DNA of 52,515 bases, from contig JAPEUD010000109.1 in NCBI GenBank assembly GCA_026026165.1, positions 1 through 52,515 of the forward strand, written 5' to 3'. Position numbers and translations under genes: made by a program. This document shows, in pieces, positions 47,391 through 52,515 of the stretch. The first letter of the stretch is position 1. Every line of letters starts with the position of its first letter. The notes under the pieces were generated by a model, which worked only from the letters and a program-made list of their open reading frames with translations, did not search any database and had not been told where the DNA came from. The DNA is from Sarea resinae (Eukaryota).

Positions 47391-50364
47391 GATGCAGTGA
47401 TTGACGAGGAAAGTAATGTCGAGAGCAGAATGCGACTGGATGTGGAGGGGGAAAGTCGAAGGGAAGAGGCAGCACCGCGATCTATATTCTTGCGACCCCC
47501 CGGCGATGCCGGCTATCATCAGCCGATGTGCCTCTGCTCGACTCTAATTCTCGAGGACGATGTTCGGTGTCCGCGTCCAATCAGGAGCGCGAGAATGCAT
47601 GGAACGTCTGGCTGCCACTCATGGTCTACCGGCGGTGGATCCCCAATACGGGTAGCCCTGACTAGCGGGAGATAAGACACCCTGGTGGACGATGGGTTGA
47701 AGCAGGGGTCTAGCCTGTTCCGTATGGGGGAGACAGAGATAAGCCTTCGACGAGCCTTCGACGAGCCTTCTGGAACACACAACAGACGAGACGGCGTGGG
47801 CAGGAACGGCACCATGGCTTGACAGGAGGCACGAGGGGCGAGCACCACCGGCATTAGTCGCACTGACAAGCTTTCGGTCGACCATGGCCGCATAACCCCC
47901 CGAGCGCCCAAAAGCTTCGCAATAATTCGTGTCCCTGTACTCGAGTTGAGTAGCTTCGTACGCAAACACGCAACGCAGAGGGGTGGCGGGCAGAGAGTGG
48001 GACCCTGGTCAAAGTAGCGTTCCAAAGTTACTTCGTAGGGTTTCTAGGGCCTCTTACAAATCATGCTGCCAGTCCATCCCACCCAACGCATCCGGATCTC
48101 TGTCCATCCGCCGCATCGCTCGTAGGGCACGAAGTCGTGAATGACCACTCGATCAAGGGTGCGATGCACGCACGACCCATCCCATCGCAATGTGCTGCAA
48201 GGGCGGTGGCGATCGACCAGCCATCAAGCCACCCATCTTGGATTCATCTTCGATGCGGAACATGGTGGTTGTCTGTTGGTTCAGAGTGCACCTCCAGCGG
48301 CAACCCATTTGCCTTCCGGGTACGGCCGAGGGCCCGTTTGGCGGTACCAAGTGTGCTGAGGTACCTTGCTTCGACAGAGTGAGGGGCCAGTACATTCGGA
48401 CTGACCGTGACATGACTCGGAGTGGGCGAACACGAATCATCATCCGGTCCGTTTGACGGCATCATCTCAGCCAGAGAGGCTAGAGTGCGTGGTACCTACC
48501 TACTGGGGAGGTAGTCTACGGCGCTTCGTAGATTGGAGCTGAAGCTAAAGCTGCGACTACTTGGACATTGAACCTCGCTCGCTGGGCGCATGGGATTCTG
48601 AGTGGCGGGCTGGTGGGAGTCCATGGGGGCCCATGGGCCCATGGAGAAAGGGACGGGCATGGCATCCCTCCGTTGCTAGCGTGGAACGAGTGGAAGGAGC
48701 GTAGAAATTCCTCTTCCCTCTTCTCTGCCCTCTTCCTCAGCCAACATGTCGTGCCTGGCCACTGCTACTTTCCTCCACACGCTAATCGCCCCCCTATCGA
48801 TCATGGGTTGGCCGAGATGCTCACTAGCACCGCCTCTTCTGCTGGGTTCGTGGTTGCTGCATGTTCTCGAAGCCTTCTCACGCAATGTCCATCCTTCTTC
48901 TCATCTTTGCTTTTTGAAATGCTTGTATGCATGCTCTGAACAATGGGGACATCGGCCGGCTATCAGCGGCTGAGCTGGCGGCAGGGTGAGGCTTTTGCGT
49001 GCGAAATTCTTCGTTCGGATTGCGTGTGCTCCCAGCCAGGACCACTGCAACTCGAAGTGGTGGGTGGGCGGGAGATATCGGTTGTATTGGCTGAAGAGGG
49101 CTCTTCGCTAGAACCGTCTAGGAAGGTTGACACACGACTTCGACGCTGTACTCCCAGTAGATTCCGTGCCGGAATTGCCAGTAGAGGCCCGAAAGACGTT
49201 CTCATTTCACCATTCTCGTACAGTTCCACGCTTGCCGATTCAATACGTAGTGCGCCGCCTTCGGTCCTTTGAGCCAGACGGTGCTTGCGTCTTTGGTCGT
49301 CGTTCTGATGTATTGGCGGAATTGGCGTCGACGGGGAGCCGCCAGAAAGGCCGCCATGACTAATAGCTCTGAATGTCCCGTCGACGTGAACCGCCTCTCT
49401 GGCTTCACGATGATCGCGTGCGTGGGGGAGTCTGGGGAATATGAAACGACTTTCCGGAGTAGATCGCCTTGAACGGACACCAAAATAGCAGAGTTGGTGG
49501 GATGAGCGGATGCTTTCAAGATTCATGTCTCCTTGGAAGCAGGAAACAGACGAACTCGTCCCATCGAACGGCCTCGGCTCTCATCTCCATTTGCTGTCAG
49601 AAGCATCGATGCATCGATGCCGCAAGTCTGTCAGTAAGACTGACGTTGTGGCTGAACATCACCCCACCCCGCAGATTCCGTCTAGTTCGTGGCTTCGTTC
49701 TAAAGAGAGAATGAACTGATTGAACACTGGAGGCTTTTTCTGCATGATGTACCTGATGCCCTCTGTGAACTCTGTGGAAGAGATGGAGATGGCATGGGAG
49801 CCATGATGTTTGGGCACTTGACTGAGGATGGACGATGACATCCACAGCAGCTTTTTCCCTCTCTCGATGAACAACAGTGCATGTATCAATCACTGCAGGC
49901 CCCATGGGGTTCATCATCTATCTGTACGAAGTGATTCACGACGATTCACGACAATTCACGACACGGCCTCATGATGCTAACCTAATGTTTCCTTCCATTG
50001 CCAATCACTGATGGGCCGCGATACTCGTCAAGATGTTAATATAGATACAGAGTGCGTGCATATGCAGGAACATGCATTCTCCTCGCCTGCAGCGTGCACC
50101 CGTTGGAGAGCCCTCAACAGTGAAGTGCAAGTGCATTGGATGCGCTGTTCGAATCGACAGAGGTTACACGCGACTTGAAACCGCGCATCGACGCCCTTTC
50201 CTGATTCCTCCTTCCTTGCTTGAACACGAACGACTCGATTCGACTCGACTCTGCCGACCAAACAAGACCTTTTTGACTTTTCGCTCTTTTGTTTGACACT
50301 TCACCGTTCACAATTGACGGGCATTGCGCATCCCAATCGCTCCGAGCCAGAGCCAGCGAATGCG

Positions 50365-51667
50365 ATGCGGGCCCTCTTTCAATATCCGCTGTGGTCTTTG
50401 GTCATCTTGATCTCTTCCCCTCTCAATGGTATGAATGGCGACCTCTCATGGCGACGACGTCGAGATGCAGAGACTAACAACCAGGCAGCACGCGCCGACT
50501 GTGAATGCGGTTACTCCATCAACGCGACCACCGCCCCCGACCACAAAGTCTACACCGAGCTTCTGGAGACCGACTTTCTGCACCTGCAGAACATCACCTT
50601 GGACACGGACTGGGTGCCGCAAGAGTACAACATCACCGCCTCTGCCGCGCGCGGTTCCTTCGGCGAGGCAAGACAACTCGGCAACGTCATCGCCAATCCG
50701 CTACTTGACAATTACTCTTATGCCGGGGCGAGCAAGCTGGGCGGGGATCCGGGATTGCAATTGTGGGTGCGGGCGCAGCAGACGGATGGATTGATCGGCA
50801 CGGCAGAGATCTCGAGTGCGAGAGAGGATATGCTGTATGGAAGCTTTCGGGTTGCGATGAAGCTGACGGGGATTCCGGGCACGTGTGGGGCGTTCTTCTG
50901 GGTAAGCCTATCTGTTCCTTGCCGACGAGAATAGAGTGCTAATTCATCAACAGTACTACAACAACACCCAAGAAATCGACCTCGAATATCTCTCCCGTCT
51001 CCTCAACACCACATCCTCCCCCCTGTCCCTGGTCCTGCAGTCCCCCGCCTCCGCACACGCGGGCTACGATGCCTCTTCAACGCCCACCTACCAAGTCCAC
51101 CAATTGCCCTTCCATCCCTCGACGGGCTACCATGAATACCGCTTCGACTGGACCCCGGGCGCCGTATCCTTTTACGCCGACGGCGTCCTTCTCACCACCA
51201 TGACCGGTTCCGCCGTGCCGACCTCACCAGGACACATCCTGTTGAACCACTGGAGCAACGGCAACGCCGCGTGGAGCGGAGGCCCGCCCGCCACGGACGC
51301 AGCCCTGAGCGTTTCGTACGTGAAAGCGTACTTCAACAGCTCGCTAGACGACCGAAAGAACGACTACGCGCAACGCTGCAACGGCGACACGGCCGCCCAA
51401 AACGACAAGAACGCCATATGCATCGTGCCCGACCAGACCACGGCCCCGGACCCGGACTCATCCGACGGGAACAAAACCGCCAACACGTTCTTCTTCTCCG
51501 GCCAGGCCAACATGACGACCAACCAGACGGTCTACACGCCCGCGGCGGCGAAGTCGAAGAAGAAGTCCGGCGCGGGGGCGACGAAGGATTCGCTCCGGCG
51601 TGGCCGCGATGGCGCTTTGGGACTGCTCGTTGGCGCGTCGATGGTGGCTGCGCTGCTGCTGACGTGA
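50365..51667 (+). CDS. Glycoside hydrolase family 16 protein, secreted and probably GPI-anchored, ~396 aa; exons 50365-50428, 50489-50901, 50954-51667
   Basis: Signal peptide followed by DCECG; catalytic EIDLE; YHEYRFDW, FYADG and NHWSNG motifs; hydrophobic C-terminus. Intron 50902-50953 is well supported; 50429-50488 is probable. Confidence 0.9.
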
Positions 51668-51784
51668 CCTGCTCGCTTTGAGGGAATCGTTTCGGGTCGT
51701 CTTAGTCTTAGTCCCGGCGGTCGTCGTCCTTGTTGCTACGCAAGTTGTGTATGTGCATTATCGCGGGCAAGGGGTTATCTTTCT

Positions 51785-52365
51785 GCCTCATTCGTTCATT
51801 CGTTCATTTGTTCGTTCGTTCGTTCATTTGGCGTCCAGGCTGAGGGTCAAATTCACGGCGTTCCCACCAGCCAGCCAGTCAGTTGGTCGGGCGGGCGGTC
51901 GTTCGGCGTATGTATGTATGTATGTATGTATGCATCTATCCATCTCATCCGGAGTAATGAAGACACACACAAAAAAAGCCTGATATGCAGAACACTTATC
52001 CATGTTGGAGGTGCTATGCTACCTATCCATGTTTATGCATGTGCGCTTTCGTGTGTGTTGGATGTGTGTGTGTGTGTGTGTGTGTGTTTGTGCTTGACTG
52101 CTTGCTTGTCTAAGGCATCCATGAGGATCATGTTTCATTACTGCAAGTAGGTAAGTAAGGTAAGGTAAGATAAGTACCGTAGATACGGTAGGTTGGTAAG
52201 GTAGGTTAGTAAGGTAAGGTAGGTAGGTAGGTAGGTAGGTAGATAGTTAAGTAGGTAGGTCTGATTATATAAACCACAATAATAAAACGCGGCTATATGG
52301 TGCGAGTGGATATACGAATGGCAAGCAAGCAAGCAAGCAAGTTAGCAAGCAAGTTAGCAAGTGCA
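51785..52365. repeat. Microsatellite block downstream of GH16
   Basis: (TTCG)n, (TATG)n, (TG)n, (TAGG/TAAGG)n and (GCAA)n tracts. Confidence 0.85.
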
Positions 52366-52515
52366 CATATGCGGCGCCCTCGACAGAATGACAGATGGAT
52401 GCATTCTCCATTGTAAATGTAGTATCGGATCCGGATATATGTGCAGAAACGCCAAGATCGCCCCCGCCTAGAGAGAGAGGGAGAGAGCTGGATATCAGCA
52501 CCATGTCCCTCCCCC

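Noticed and set aside
47391..47519. In-frame upstream ATG extension of the transporter
   Set aside because: The extension looks like pyrimidine-rich UTR; the ATG at 47390 has the better context.
48620..48645. 14-bp palindrome CCATGGGCCCATGG
   Set aside because: Short, isolated and explainable by local duplication.
49933..49962. (ATTCACGAC) three-copy repeat
   Set aside because: Simple tandem duplication without spacers; not CRISPR-like.

Overview
Window from a filamentous ascomycete (Pezizomycotina) nuclear genome, with short GT-AG introns and CTRAY branch sites. Eleven spliced genes can be modelled, all with exon totals that keep the frame: a Clb3-type B cyclin, a Zn2Cys6 protein, RNA Pol III subunit RPC4/Rpc53, a Kre1-like GPI protein, Cdt2-like WD40, RRP5, Cdc25-type Ras-GEF, an AmdX-like C2H2 factor, a small single-pass membrane protein, an Aa_trans amino-acid transporter and a GH16. 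Spacers at gene 3' ends are dense microsatellite blocks, several TpA-rich. Gene portions next to those blocks look GC-rich and carry low-complexity insertions. I found no transposon, tRNA, rRNA or secondary-metabolite cluster, and I cannot support a wholly new multi-gene system. The best leads are: an unannotated 88-aa ORF resembling a membrane-less tomosyn-type R-SNARE; single short uORFs in the ATG-depleted leaders of three regulatory genes; a PB1/ubiquitin-like module on the C6 protein; and a RIP-like signature on microsatellites. All family assignments come from motif recognition, with no database search.
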